64,000 bases of DNA, taken from assembly GCF_044704955.1 (NCBI RefSeq), contig NC_091992.1:6324001-6388000 (forward strand), written 5' to 3'. Of the stretch, positions 1 through 11,545 are shown piece after piece (the first letter of the stretch is position 1; every line of letters begins with the position of its first letter). The translations under genes were made by a program, and so were the position numbers. The notes beneath the pieces were generated by a model, which made no database searches, was not told where the DNA came from, and was given only the letters and a program-made list of their open reading frames with translations. Source of the stretch: Pristiophorus japonicus (Eukaryota).

Positions 1-306
1 TGGCAGATCCTCCCTATCCTGCCTTTTTAAAATGTGGCCACTGGTGCAGAGGTTTCACTCATCACAGTCCATCACACTGGAATTCCCTTCCTAAACCACT
101 TCACCTTATTACCTCAATCCCACCTTCAAAAGTCTCCCCAGTACCTACTTTCTCAATCAGACCTTTGGTCAACTGCGCTCCTAACTCCTTGCCGAATCCC
201 CCCGACCTGCTTCTCTCTGTGTTCAAGCCGCAGTATATGCGAAGTTGCGGGTTGTTTTCCTGTGCAAGTATTGGAGATATATGTCATGCAAAACCTCTTG
301 TGGTGG

Positions 307-558
307 TAGGGTTGCCAACCTTCCAGGATTGTCTTGGAGTCTCCAGGAATTAATGATTAATCTTCAGGACACTACTGCGAGCAAGACCCGGGAGAAAAAT
401 CATAGGGGGATTAATACAAAATTGTGTCTTTTCATTTTCTTTGGATCCTTTTGTTAAAAATTTGGATGTGGGGAAAAAGGCTGTTTGACTGGAAGTGGAG
501 GCTGGGGGTCATGTGATGAAACCTCCAGGAATATGTCCAACCAGAGCTGGCAACCCTA
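307..558 (+). mobile_element. Non-autonomous hAT-like (Blackjack-type TIR) MITE, copy 1
   Basis: TIRs TAGGGTTGCCA...TGGCAACCCTA; body shared with copies at 15.7, 21.4 and 29.2 kb; no TSD recognisable. Confidence 0.7.
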
Positions 559-944
559 ACTTGAGATGAATTTTTAACAGTTAATGGGCGGTGATTGAAT
601 GGGGCCATAGAGTGGAGCTGGGAGAGTGTGTGTGTACATGTTTCTGTGTAATGTCATTTGGGATCAGTCCACTCCACAGGTTAATCAATACTCTCAAGGA
701 TAAGTCTGACCACATTCCTCCTTGGAATTGCACCTTTAGATGTAGATGAGGAGATACTCGGGCTTCTTTGAACAGATTATTTTACGTATCGCTGTGACCG
801 ACGGCGATGGCTGGCGTATAACTGTCCTGTAATGGTCTAGTTCACCCAGCTGGCATAGCATGGTATGGCAGTGTCTTCCCGTTCCAGCACCCTGCTAGTA
901 CAGCGCTGGTATTCACAAAGGGTCTTGGTGTCTCCACTTCATTA

Positions 945-1392
945 AAAGAAAAAACTGTAGCTCCTTTCACGTCCACAGGACGTCCTAAAGCGCTTTACAG
1001 CCAATGAAATACTTTTAAGGTGTAGTCACTGTTGTAATGTAGGAAATGCAACAGCTAATTTGCGCACAAGCAAGCTCCCACAAACAGCAATGAAGTCATG
1101 TCCAGGTGATCTGTTTTATTGATGTTGGTTGAGAGATAAATATTGACTGGGACACCGGGGAGAACTCCCCGTTCTTCTTCAAAATAGTGCCGTGGGATCA
1201 TTTGCGTCTATCGGAGAGGGCAGAGGGGGCCTCCGTTTCATGTCTCACCTGAAAGACGGCACTTCCGACAGTGCAGCGCTCCCTCAGTACTGTGCTGAAC
1301 TGTCAGCCGAGAGTTTGTGCTCAAGTCTCTGGAATGGGGCTTCGAACCCACGACCCACTGACGCAAAGGCGAGAGTGCTGCCCTCTGAGCCA
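945..1392 (-). mobile_element. DeuSINE (SacSINE1-like tRNA-derived SINE)
   Basis: Reverse complement has the tRNA-like head, the Deu-domain core (ggagtgccgtctttcaggtgagac...gatcccacggcactatttt) and an L2-like tail. Confidence 0.8.
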
Positions 1393-2204
1393 GGAGAGCT
1401 GGTAAATGTATTCCTGAAAAAAGAGAGGAGACTCATTGGGGTTGTTTAAAAGTGGAGACACTTTAATAATGTCAATGCACTAGTGCTGAACCCACTGCAC
1501 GCCCCCCCCCCCTCTCCCGATTCCCCCCCCCCCCCACCCACCGACTGACTGGATGGAAGAGTGTCAAGTGTAAATGTGTCATTGCAAAGTAACTGAAGCT
1601 GGAGCTGGAGGGGGAAGCTGTTTTGGGTAGCACAATAATGGGGCAGATGTCGGGCACTAACCAGGGTCGAGTGACACTGCAGCACTGGCTGTTTGTTTAC
1701 CAGTACTTGCAGCCGTAAAGTTCCATTGCAGCTGGCACAGCCACCTCACACGACATGGGTAACGCTCTTAGCCAGATAATCCCCCGGCTTCTCTAGAAGA
1801 TTTATGTCGCCAGAAAGGGTCAGTGGTGTTAGACGCCACAGCTTGAGGTGCGAAGTTTAGTGCTGACCTTGCTGTGAGTGTGCGAATCCCCCCAGCCACT
1901 GGCTTATCCAGGGAGCTGTAAAGAAAGCTGCCCTGCACACTTCCCCCCCCCCCCCCCCCAGCTCCCGTGTTTGACATGGACGTTCCTTTGTCTGCCACTG
2001 ATAGTCCTTTAAGCAGCGTGTCTGTAAAATGTAGTTTATTGTTAGTTAATCTGTTGACAGAGCAGGCAGCATTTTTCAGTGAATTCCAACCTGAGGACCA
2101 TGGCTAATTGAACAAATTAGCACAGCGGGTGGGGGGGGGGGGAGTGAGATTGGCCGAGTCTGCAGTAGTATTAGTGCCTGCTCTGCCTCCATAGATCACT
2201 GGAG

Positions 2205-2890
2205 CTTTTCACTGTTTTCTCCAGCTCTGGAATTCTCTCCCTCTATCTCTCCTCCTTTAAGACACTCCTTAAAACTGACTTCTTTGGTCACCTATGAGGG
2301 GATCTCACAGAAACATATAAAATTCTGACAGGATAGAAACAGAGACATAGAAAGTAGGTGCAGGAGTAGGCCATTTGGCCCTTCGAGCACACCATTCAAT
2401 ATGATCATGGCTGAGAGAAAGCAGGATTGGACAGGTTAGATGCAGGAAGAATGTTCCCAATGTTGGGGAAGTCCAGAACCAGGGGTCACAGTCTAAGGAT
2501 AAGGGGTAAGCCATTTAGGACCGAGATGAGGAAAAACTTCTTCACTCAGAGAATTGTGAACCTGTGGAATTCTCTACCACAGAAAGTTGTTGAGGCCAGT
2601 TCGTTAGATATATTCAAAAGGGAGTTAGATGTGGCCCTTATGGCTAAAGGGATCAAGGGGTATGCAGAGAAAGCAGGAATGGAGTACTGAAGTTGCATGA
2701 TCAGCCATGATCATATTGAATGGTAGTGCAGGCTCGAAGAGCCGAATGGCCTACTCCTGCACCTATTTTCTATGTTTCTAATATCTCCTTATGTGGCTCA
2801 GTGTCAAATTTTGTCAGATTACACTCCTGGGAAGCTCCTTGGGATGTTTTACTATGTTAAAGGCGCTATATAAATGCAAATTATTGTGTT
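2205..2890 (+). mobile_element. L2 LINE 3' fragment split by a CR1 3' fragment (~2295-2780)
   Basis: L2 3' end (ctctggaattc...ttggtcacct / aatatctccttatgtggctc...ggcgctatataaatgcaa) is interrupted by CR1 C-terminus RTRGHSLRIRGKPFRTEMRKNFFTQRIVNLWNSLP and a ttctatgtttcta tail. Confidence 0.85.
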
Positions 2891-3044
2891 TCTTTCCATC
2901 CTCTCCTGGAAGTGCTTATTCCCAGATGGAATGTGATTTTGTGAGTGCTGTCAGCTCTCTAGTCCCACGCTCAAAGTGGTCAGTCTTCATGTAGGGATTT
3001 AGACCAAGGGAGTCCAAACTATTGTCCGCAGGCCAAATGAGCCC

Positions 3045-3500
3045 CGGCCCAGTGGGTAGCGCTCTCCCCTCTGAGTCAGAAGGTCGTATGTTCCAGTGCC
3101 ACTCCAGGGACTTGAGCCCATAATCCAGGCTGATACTCCCTGCGCAGTGCTGAGGGAGCGCTGCACTGTCGGAGGTGCCGTCTTTTGGATGAGACGTTAA
3201 ACTGAGGTGTGCCCTCTCAAAGTGGATGTAAAAGATCCCAGGGCACTATTTTGAAGCAGCAAAGTTCTCCTGGTGTCCTGGCCAATATTTATCCCTCAAC
3301 CAAATTCAATTAAAATCAGATGATCTGGCCATTATCTCATTGATGTGTGTGGGAGCTTGCTGTGCGCAAATTGCCGGTTGCGTTTCCCACATTACAACAG
3401 TGACTACACTTAAACAAGAAAGTACTTCATTGGCTGAAAAGCACTTTGGGACGTCCTGAGGTTGTGAAAGGGGCTGCTGAAATACAAGTTTCGCTTTCTT
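3045..3500 (+). mobile_element. DeuSINE (SacSINE1-like), near full length
   Basis: Head cagtgggtagcgctctcccctctgagtcagaagg; Deu core ggaggtgccgtcttttggatgagacgttaaa; tail gggacgtcctgaggttgtgaaagg. Confidence 0.85.
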
Positions 3501-4070
3501 TGTCGTCAGTCCAGACAAGCCGAGAGCTCCAGAAGTATGTACATCCCCCCAGCATTTATAATCTGCCTCAAAAGGTGCAGCGGTATCCCGGGCACTTGAT
3601 GCCAGTCTGATGCCCAGCGGGAGGGATTGGCATGCAGTGAGGCTACTGCCTGCTTGCTCCACTGCCCAGTCCCCTCTTTCACCCACGCCACATGTCCAGT
3701 ATCTTTCAGATCGTTCTTTCTTATCTCTGACAGACTCTGAGAAACTGCTTTTACACTGCACCTTGTGTCTGGAGAGACTCAGGGGACTGCGTTACTGTCC
3801 TGCTCTACTCCAACTCAAGCCCATCTTCCTGTAAACAGGCTACACAGAGAAGGCCCATCATTCCCAGCGCACAGGTCATCACGGTCAAGCCAAAGTTTTA
3901 GAATGTTGGAGATGTGGCATTTGTAATTGCGCAAGTACATTGTACCATGCAGAGCACCCAGGTCCAGGGTCGTTCTGTAACCAGCTCCTGGAGGAGTAGG
4001 TGGGGGGAGGGGGATGGGGGGTTGCGGGTGGATAAGGTTTTCCAGTGATGGAACCTTTCCTAGTTGGTCC

Positions 4071-4828
4071 CCAGTGTGTCAGTATTTACAGGGGGTCCCC
4101 GGAGTGTGTCCGTATTTACAGAGGGTCGCTGGGAATGTGTCAGTATTTACAGGGGGTCTCCGGGTGTGTGTCAGTATTTACAGGGGGTCCCTGGAGTGTG
4201 TCAGTATTTACAGGGGGTCCCTGGGAATGTGTCAGTATTTACAGGGGGTCCCCGGAGTGTGTCAGTATTTACAGGGGGTCCCTGGGAATGTGTCAGTATT
4301 TACAGGGGTTCCCCAGAAGTGTGTTAGTACTTACAGGGGTTCCCCAGGAGTGTGTCAGTATTTACAGGGGTTTCCCAGGAGTGTGTCAGTATTTACAGAG
4401 GTCCCCGGGAGCGTGTCAGTATTTATAGGGGCTCCCCGGGAATGTTGTCAGTATTTACAGGGGTTCCCCAGGAGTGTGTCAGTATTTACAGAGGTCCCCG
4501 GGAGCGTGTCAGTATTTATAGGGGCTCCCCGGGAATGTTGTCAGTATTTACAGGGGTTCCCCGGGAGTGTGTCAGTATTTACAGGGGCTCCCCGGGAATG
4601 TTGTCAGTATTTACAGGGGTTCCAAGGAGAGTATGTCAGTATTTACAGGGGCTCCCCGGGAGTGTTGTCAGTATTTACAGGGGTTCTCCGGGAGTGTGTC
4701 AGTATTTACAGGGGTTCCCCGGGAGTGTGTCAGTATTTACAGGGGCTGCCTGGGAGTGTGTCAGTATTTGCAAAGGGTCTCTGGGTGTGTGTCAATATTT
4801 ACAGGGGTTCCACAGGAGTGGGTCAGTA
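4071..4828. repeat. Minisatellite, ~29-30 bp unit, about 25 copies
   Basis: Unit approx gtgtgtcagtatttacagggggtccccggga; explains the repetitive ORFs at 4014-4945. Confidence 0.95.
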
Positions 4829-5599
4829 AAGCACCTCGGTTTAGTGTCTCATCTGAAAGTTGGCACCTCTGACAGTGCAGCACTGACTCAGTACTGCACT
4901 GAAATCTTCGCACCTCGAGTGGTGCCTCAGCTTAAAACCAACTAACTCAGTACAGACCAGAGACTGAAAATGAGACTTGAAGTATTTTTCTTGGCACTGT
5001 TTAGGAAACCTCTGTAATCACGGTCACTTTCCAATTAAAGAACTACTCGGGCGCGGAAAAGGGCTCACACTCTGAATACCCTTTTTATATTTGCTCATTG
5101 TTTTTGGGAAGGAGTAAATGCTCCTGAGCAAAAGCGATAAATTTGTGGATAGTCCCTTACTCAGGGTAATTTTTTTTTGTGAATGGAAATCTCTGTAAAT
5201 TGTGAATGAGTATGTTTACAATAGACTGATACTTTGTATACATTATCTGGAGCTCCGATGTCACGTTAGAAAATGCAGTGATGTGTTTAAGTAAAATTAG
5301 CCTGCTGAGATTTTTTTGTTCCACGTTTTATATATTTTACATCACCGCTTGTGGGAACTTTGCCTTGGCGCCAATGCACGACAGACCGCTGGCTGAGAGC
5401 GGGCACCTGTGCCTAGGAACTGGTCAGTGCCACTCTATACCCAGTTCTGCCACAACACCTTGACTGTCCCAAATGGAACTCGCTGTGTCACTGAAGCCGC
5501 AAGATCAGAAACTCGCCGTCTGCAGTATATACATCGTGCCCCAGGTTGGGGCACGCTCGTTGACACCCTACAGCCTGGGATTCAAACTGTTCCTCCATT

Positions 5600-5980
5600 T
5601 GTCTCCATTTTAAAATTCTCATCCTTGTTTTCAATCCCTCCACGGCCTTGCCCCTCCCTATCTCTGTAACGTCCTCCAGCCCTACAACCCTCCGAGATCT
5701 CCTCCAATTCTGGCCTCTTGCTCATCCCCCCATTTTCATCGCCCCCTCCATTGGCGGCTGTGCCATCAGCTAAGCTCTGGAATTCCCACACTAAACTTCT
5801 CTGCCCATCTACCTCTCTCCCCTCCTTTAAGACGGTCCTTAAAACCTACCTCTTTGACCCAGCCTGTCCGAATATCCCTTTACGTGGCTCGGTGTCAAAT
5901 TTTGTTCGATAACACACCTGTGAAGCGTCTTCGGACATTTTACTACGTTAAAGGCGCTATATAAAGGCAAGTTGTTGTAG
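5600..5980 (+). mobile_element. L2 LINE 3' fragment
   Basis: Degenerate ORF2 C-terminus (FKILILVF..LHGLAPPYL, KLWNS, SFKTVLKTYLF) and tail aaaggcgctatataaaggcaagttgttg. Confidence 0.85.
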
Positions 5981-6214
5981 CAGCACAATAAAAGTCTCCA
6001 CCTCAGCAATGGGAAGGTTTACTTAAAGCAAGAATTAGAATAGAATTGAAGTTTCTCTGTGCATTAAAGGTTCCTCATTCTTTAACACTATTATTTCAGT
6101 ACAATAATAGATGAAAAATCCTAAGGGCACAGTTCCCTATTACCCAAACCCTGTCCTGAGACTACTAACTCGTAGAGTTGAATCTGTGAGTTCGGAGTCC
6201 CCTAACAACCCATT

Positions 6215-7025
6215 TCTAAAGTCTTTCAGATGAGACGTCAAACCGAGGCCCCGTCTGCTCCCTCAGATGAAGGTAAAAGAAACATAGACATAGAAACATA
6301 GAAAATAGGTGCAGGAGTAGGCCATTCGGCCCTTCGAGCCTGCACCACCATTCGATAAGATCATGGCTGATCATTCCCTCAGTACCCCTTTCCTGCTTTC
6401 TCTCCATACCCCTCGATCCCCTGAGCCATAAGGACCATATCTAACTCCCTCTTGAATATATCCAATGAACTGGCATCAACAACTCTCTGCGGCAGGGAAT
6501 TCCACAGGTTGACAACTCTCTGAGTGAAGAAATTTCTCCTCATCTCAGTCCTAAATGGCCTACCCCTTATCCTAAGACTGTGTCCCCTGGTTCTGGACTT
6601 CCCCAACATTGGGAACAATCTACCCGCATCTAACCTATCCAGTCCCATCAGAATCTTGTATGTTTCTATGAGATCCCCTCTCATCCTTCTAAACTCCAAT
6701 GTATAAAGGCCCAGTTGATCCAGTCTCTCCTCATATGTCAGTCCGGCCATCCCGGGAATCAGTCTGGTGAACCTTCGCTGCACTCCCTCAATAGGTCCCA
6801 TGGCACTATTTCGAAGAGTTATCCCCAGTGTCCTGGCCAATATTGATCCCTCAATCAACATAACAAAAAACAGATTAACGGGTCATCATCACATTGCTGT
6901 TTGTGGGAGCTTGCTGTGCGCAAATTAGCTGCCGCATTTCCCACATTACAACAGTGACTACACTCCAAAAGTACGTAATTGGCTGTAAAGCACTTTGAGA
7001 CGTCCAGTGGCCGTGACAGGCGCAG
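6215..7025. mobile_element. DeuSINE (+) interrupted by a CR1 3' fragment (-, ~6278-6795)
   Basis: SINE ...aggtaaaaga resumes as tcccatggcactatttcgaagag after the insert; minus ORF 6379-6861 [24 protein letters not shown]...LWNSLP. Confidence 0.88.
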
Positions 7026-7029
7026 TTTG

Positions 7030-7345
7030 GGTGTGGGCCATGCACACCGGGAAAGTGTTAGGTTCGGTCCCTGGACTATGCTGACTTAGCTGATCTCAGT
7101 CAAAGCAACAGTTGAGCTTGGAATTACCTCATCACTTTGGTTTAGGGAAATTCTACTGGGTGCCCACTCCTAACCAACTTCTAATAACCTCTGCTGAAAA
7201 TGTGCCTACGTGGATACTAAGGGTAGGATTGGACTTGATTGTGGTGCCCACCATGGTTGAATATCATGTTCACTGTCGAGGCTCATACATTAGGAATGAC
7301 CACTTGGGTAAGACACTGGGGACTGCTTGGCACCTACAGAACCAG
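7030..7345 (+). mobile_element. Old tRNA-derived SINE-like repeat, unassigned family (related pieces near 25040-25270, 29670-29801, 57440-57690)
   Basis: B-box-like ggttcggtccc then gctgacttagctgatctcag...aggctcatacattaggaatgaccacttgggt, seen in degenerate form at other positions. Confidence 0.5.
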
Positions 7346-7369
7346 TAGGTCAACGAAAGTCGGCCCCTG

Positions 7370-7665
7370 TTGAACCCCTACCCCAATGAGACTCAGCACC
7401 CATGGAATTCATAAACCAGTGAGAGTCAGCATCCGTGATACCTGTTCCCCAGTGAGAGTCAGTGTGTGGAACCCGTACCCCAGTGAGAGTCAGTGTCTGT
7501 GCAACCCGTACCCCAGTGAGAATCAGTGTGTGTGGGACTCATACCCCAGTGAGAGTCAGTGTGTGTGGGATCCATACCCCAGTGAGAGTCAGTGTGTGTG
7601 GGACCCGTACCCCAGTAAGTGTCACCGCCTGTGGAACCCATACCCCAAAGATTCAATGTCTGTGG
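7370..7665. repeat. Minisatellite, ~33 bp unit, about 8 copies; degenerate units resume at ~11545-11620
   Basis: Unit ccccagtgagagtcagtgtgtgtgggacccgta. Confidence 0.9.
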
Positions 7666-7666
7666 A

Positions 7667-10600
7667 ACATAAGAACATAAGAAATACGAACAGGAGTAGG
7701 CCATACGGCCCCTCGAGCCTGCTCCGCCATTCAATAAGATCATGGCTGATCTGATCATGGACACAGCTCCACTTCCCCGCCCGCTCCCTATAACCCCTTA
7801 TCCCCTTATCGTTTAAGAAACTGTCTATTTCTGTCTTAACTTTATTCAATGTCCCAGCTTCCACAGCTCTCTGAGGCAGCGAATTCCACAGATTTACAAC
7901 CCTCTGAGAGAAGAAATTTCTCCTCATCCCTTTTAAATGGGCGGCCCCTTATTCTAAGATCATGCCCTCTAGTTCTAGTCTCCTCCATCAGTGGAAACTT
8001 CCTCTCTGCATCCACCTTGTCAAGCCCCCTCATAATCTTATACGTTTCGATAAGATCACCTCTCATTCTTCTGAATTCCAATGAGTAGAGGCCCAACCTA
8101 CTCAACCTTTCCTCTTAAGTCAACCCCCTCATCCCTGGAATCAACCTAGTGAACCTGCTCTGAACTGTCTCCAAAGCAAGTATATCCTTTTGTAAATATG
8201 GAAACCAAAACTGCACGCAGTATTTCAAGTGTGACCTCACCAATACCTTATATAGCTGTAGCAAGACTTCCCTGCTTTTGTACTCCGTCCCCTTTGCAAT
8301 AAAGGCTAAGATTCCATTGGCCTTCCTGATCACTTGCTGTACCTGCATGCTATCCTTTTGCTTTTCATGCACAAGTACTCCCAGGTACCGCTGTACTGCG
8401 GCACTTTGCAATCTTTCTCCATTTAAATAATAACTTGCTCTTGAATTTTTTCTGCCAAAGTGCATGACCTCACACTTTCCAACATTATACTCCATCTGCC
8501 AAATTTTTGCCCACTCACTTAGCCTGCCTGTGTCCTTTTGCAGGTTTTTTGTGTCCTCCTCACACATTGCTTTTCCTCCCATCTTTGTATCGTCAGCCAT
8601 CTTGGCTACATTACACTCAGTCCCTTCTTCCAAGTCGTTAATATAGATTGTAAATAGTTGGGATCCCAGCACTGATCCCTGCGGCACCCCACTAGTTACT
8701 GGTTACCAACCAGAGACTGGACCATTTATCGCGACTCTCTGTTTTTTGTTAATCAGCCAATCCTCTATCCATGCTAATATATTACCCCCAACCCCGTGAA
8801 CTTTTATCTTGTGCAGTAACCTTTAATGTGGCACCTTGTCAAATGCCTTCTGGAAGTCCAAATACACCACATCCACTGGTTCCCCTTTATCCACCCTGTT
8901 CGTTACATCCTCGAAGAACTCCAGCAAATTTGTCAAAATAACTTTCTCTTCATAAATCCATGCTGACTCTGCCTGACCGAATTTTGCTTTTCCAAATGTC
9001 CTGCTACTGCTTCTTTAATAATGGACTCCAACTGGTCTAGAGTTTCCTGCTTTTTGTCTGCCTCCTTTTTTGAATAGGGGCGTTACATTTACAGTTTTCC
9101 AATCTGCCGGGACCTCCCCAGAATCCAGGGAATTTTGGTAAATTACAACCAATGCATCCAAAATCTGCCGCTACTTCTCTTAAGACCCGAGGATGCAAGC
9201 CATCAGGTCCAGGAGATCTATAAGAACATAAGAAATAGGAACAGGAGTAGGCCATACGGCCTCCTCGAGCCGCTCCGCCATTCAATAAGATCATGGCTGA
9301 TCTGATCATGGACTCAGCTCCACTTCTCTGCTCGCTCCCCATAACCCCTTATCCCCTTATCGTTTAAGAAACTCTCTATTTCTGTCTTAAATTTATTCAA
9401 TGTCCCAGCTTCCACAGCTCCCCAGGACAGCGAATTCCACAGATTTACAACCCTTTGAGAGATGAAATTTCTCCTCATCTCTGTTTTAAATGGGCGGCCC
9501 CTTATTCTAAGATCTTGCCCTCTAGTTCTAGTCTCCCCCATCAGTGGAAACATCCTCTCTGCATCCACCTTGTCAAGCCCCCTCATAATCTTATACATTT
9601 CGATAAGATCACCTCTCATTCTTCTGAATTCCAATGAGTAGAGGCCCAACCTACTCAACCTTTCTTCATAAGTCAACCCCCTCATCCCCGGAATTAACCA
9701 AGTGAACCTTCTCTAAACTGCCTCCAAAGCAAGTACCGTATATACTCGCGTATCATGCGACTTTTGAAGACCTAAATTGTAACCTAAATTTGGGGGGTCG
9801 CATGATACGCGAGATACAAAATTTGCGGATGTGAAGTGCTGGCCAAGATTAGGCTGTTAGGCTGTTAAGCAGACCGTATCCACGCTGAATCTCAGCAGGT
9901 ATCTCCTGTGCTGGATTGCAGCCTCTATTGTCACTTGTACTGTATCTTTGCTGTGGTCTAGAGATCGCCACCCACAACTCCCTCTGAAGTTTGCTGCATT
10001 ATTAGAGGCTCCATCTATCTCAGCCCATGCTTCTTTTACCCGCAAACACAGTAGAGGCTGTGGCTGAACGACGCTCGTCAAGTCAGCTGGAATGATTGCT
10101 GTATCGGTGTTCGATTCGCGAACAGCTTTCACAACAGAATCCACTCGATGTTTCATGATTCGGTTGTTAAGGTCTGTATTCGATCGTTGTTATGTGTTAG
10201 GGTACTTGTTACGTGTTGGGTACTTGTTAAACTTGTTTGAAAGCCTAGCCTAGTGGCATCTGGTATCTCAAAAAAGTGACTCGCATGATACATGAGATAT
10301 ATGATAAAATTATGTTTTGGGGACGAAAATTTAGGGGTCGCATGATACGTGAGATCGTAGGATACGCGAGTATATACGGTATATCCTTTCGTAAATATGG
10401 AAACTAAAACTGCACGCAGTATTCCAGGTGTGGCCTCACCAATACCTTATATAGCTGTAGTAAGACTTCCCTTCAGAGTTTCTGCCATCTCCATGTTCCT
10501 CATTACTAATTCCCCGGTCTCGTCCTCTAAGGGACAAACATTTACTTTAGCCATTCTTTTCCTTTTTATATACCTATAGAAACTCTTGCTTTCTTTTTTT

Positions 10601-11545
10601 CTATTTTGTGCTCGTTTATTTTCATAGTGTATCTTCCCTTTCTTAATCATTTTTTATAGTGCTGGCTTTTAAAAGCTTCCCAGTCTTCTGTCCTCCCACT
10701 TTGGGCCACTTTGTATGCCCTTGTTTTTAATTGGATACCGTCCTTAATTTCCTTAGTTAGCCACGGATGGCTACCTTTTCTCTTACACCCTTTCCTCTTC
10801 ACTGGAATATATTTTTCTTGAGAGTTGTGAAATATCTCCTTAAATGTACACCACTATTCATCAACCATCCCACACTTTAATCTATTTTCCCAGTCCACTT
10901 TACCCAACTCTGCTCTCATACCTTCATAGTGTCCTTTATTTAAGCTTAGTACGCTGGTTAGAGATCCAACTTTCTCACCCATCTTGATTTGAAATTCAAT
11001 CATGCTATGATCACTCATTCCTTTAGATCCTTTACTAGGAGATTGTTTATTAATCCTGTCTCATTACACAGGACCAGATCTAGGATAGCCTGCCCCCTGG
11101 TTGGTTCCGTTACATACTGCTCAAGGAACCTGTCCCTTATGCACTCTATGAACTCCTCCTCAAGGCTACCCTGACCAATTTGATTTGTCCAATCAATATG
11201 GAGGTTAAAATCACCCATGATTATTGCTGTTCCCTTTTTACAAGCCACCACTATTTCCTGGTTTATGCTCCGATCAACAGAGTTGCTACTGTTAGGGGGC
11301 CTATAGACTACACCCACCAGTGATTTTTTCCCCTTATTGTTCCTTATCTTCACCCAAACTGTTTCAACACCCTTATCATTTGAGCCAATATCGTTTCTCA
11401 CTATTGCAGTGATTCAATTCTTTATCAATAGAGCTACCCCACCTCCTTTCTGTCTGTCCTTCCGGATTGTCAAGTACCCCTGAATATTTAATTCCCAGTC
11501 CTGATCACCTTGCAACTAAGTCTCTGTAATGGCTATCAGATCATA
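7667..11545 (-). mobile_element. Nested CR1 LINE cluster: long decayed ORF2 (endonuclease + RT) containing a second CR1 3' end (~9219-10470), which itself carries a pogo element
   Basis: RT motifs PQGSVLG, MADDTK (8115-8687); endonuclease motifs VVYRPPNS, IMGDFN, ILDLVL (11015-11401) and DLIAITET (~11520); two aacataagaa tails at 7667 and 9219. Confidence 0.92.
9736..10379 (-). mobile_element. Internally deleted pogo-like (Tc1/mariner) DNA transposon with TA target-site duplication
   Basis: TIR CCGTATATACTCGCGTATC / GATACGCGAGTATATACGG; TA at 9734-35 and 10380-81; transposase remnant TAIIPADLTSVVQP and VKEAWAEI (DDE_1-like). Confidence 0.9.

Noticed and set aside
4014-4945. Repetitive 271/197-aa ORFs; superficially CRISPR-like periodicity
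   Set aside because: Head-to-tail minisatellite with no unique spacers, no cas genes and a eukaryotic context
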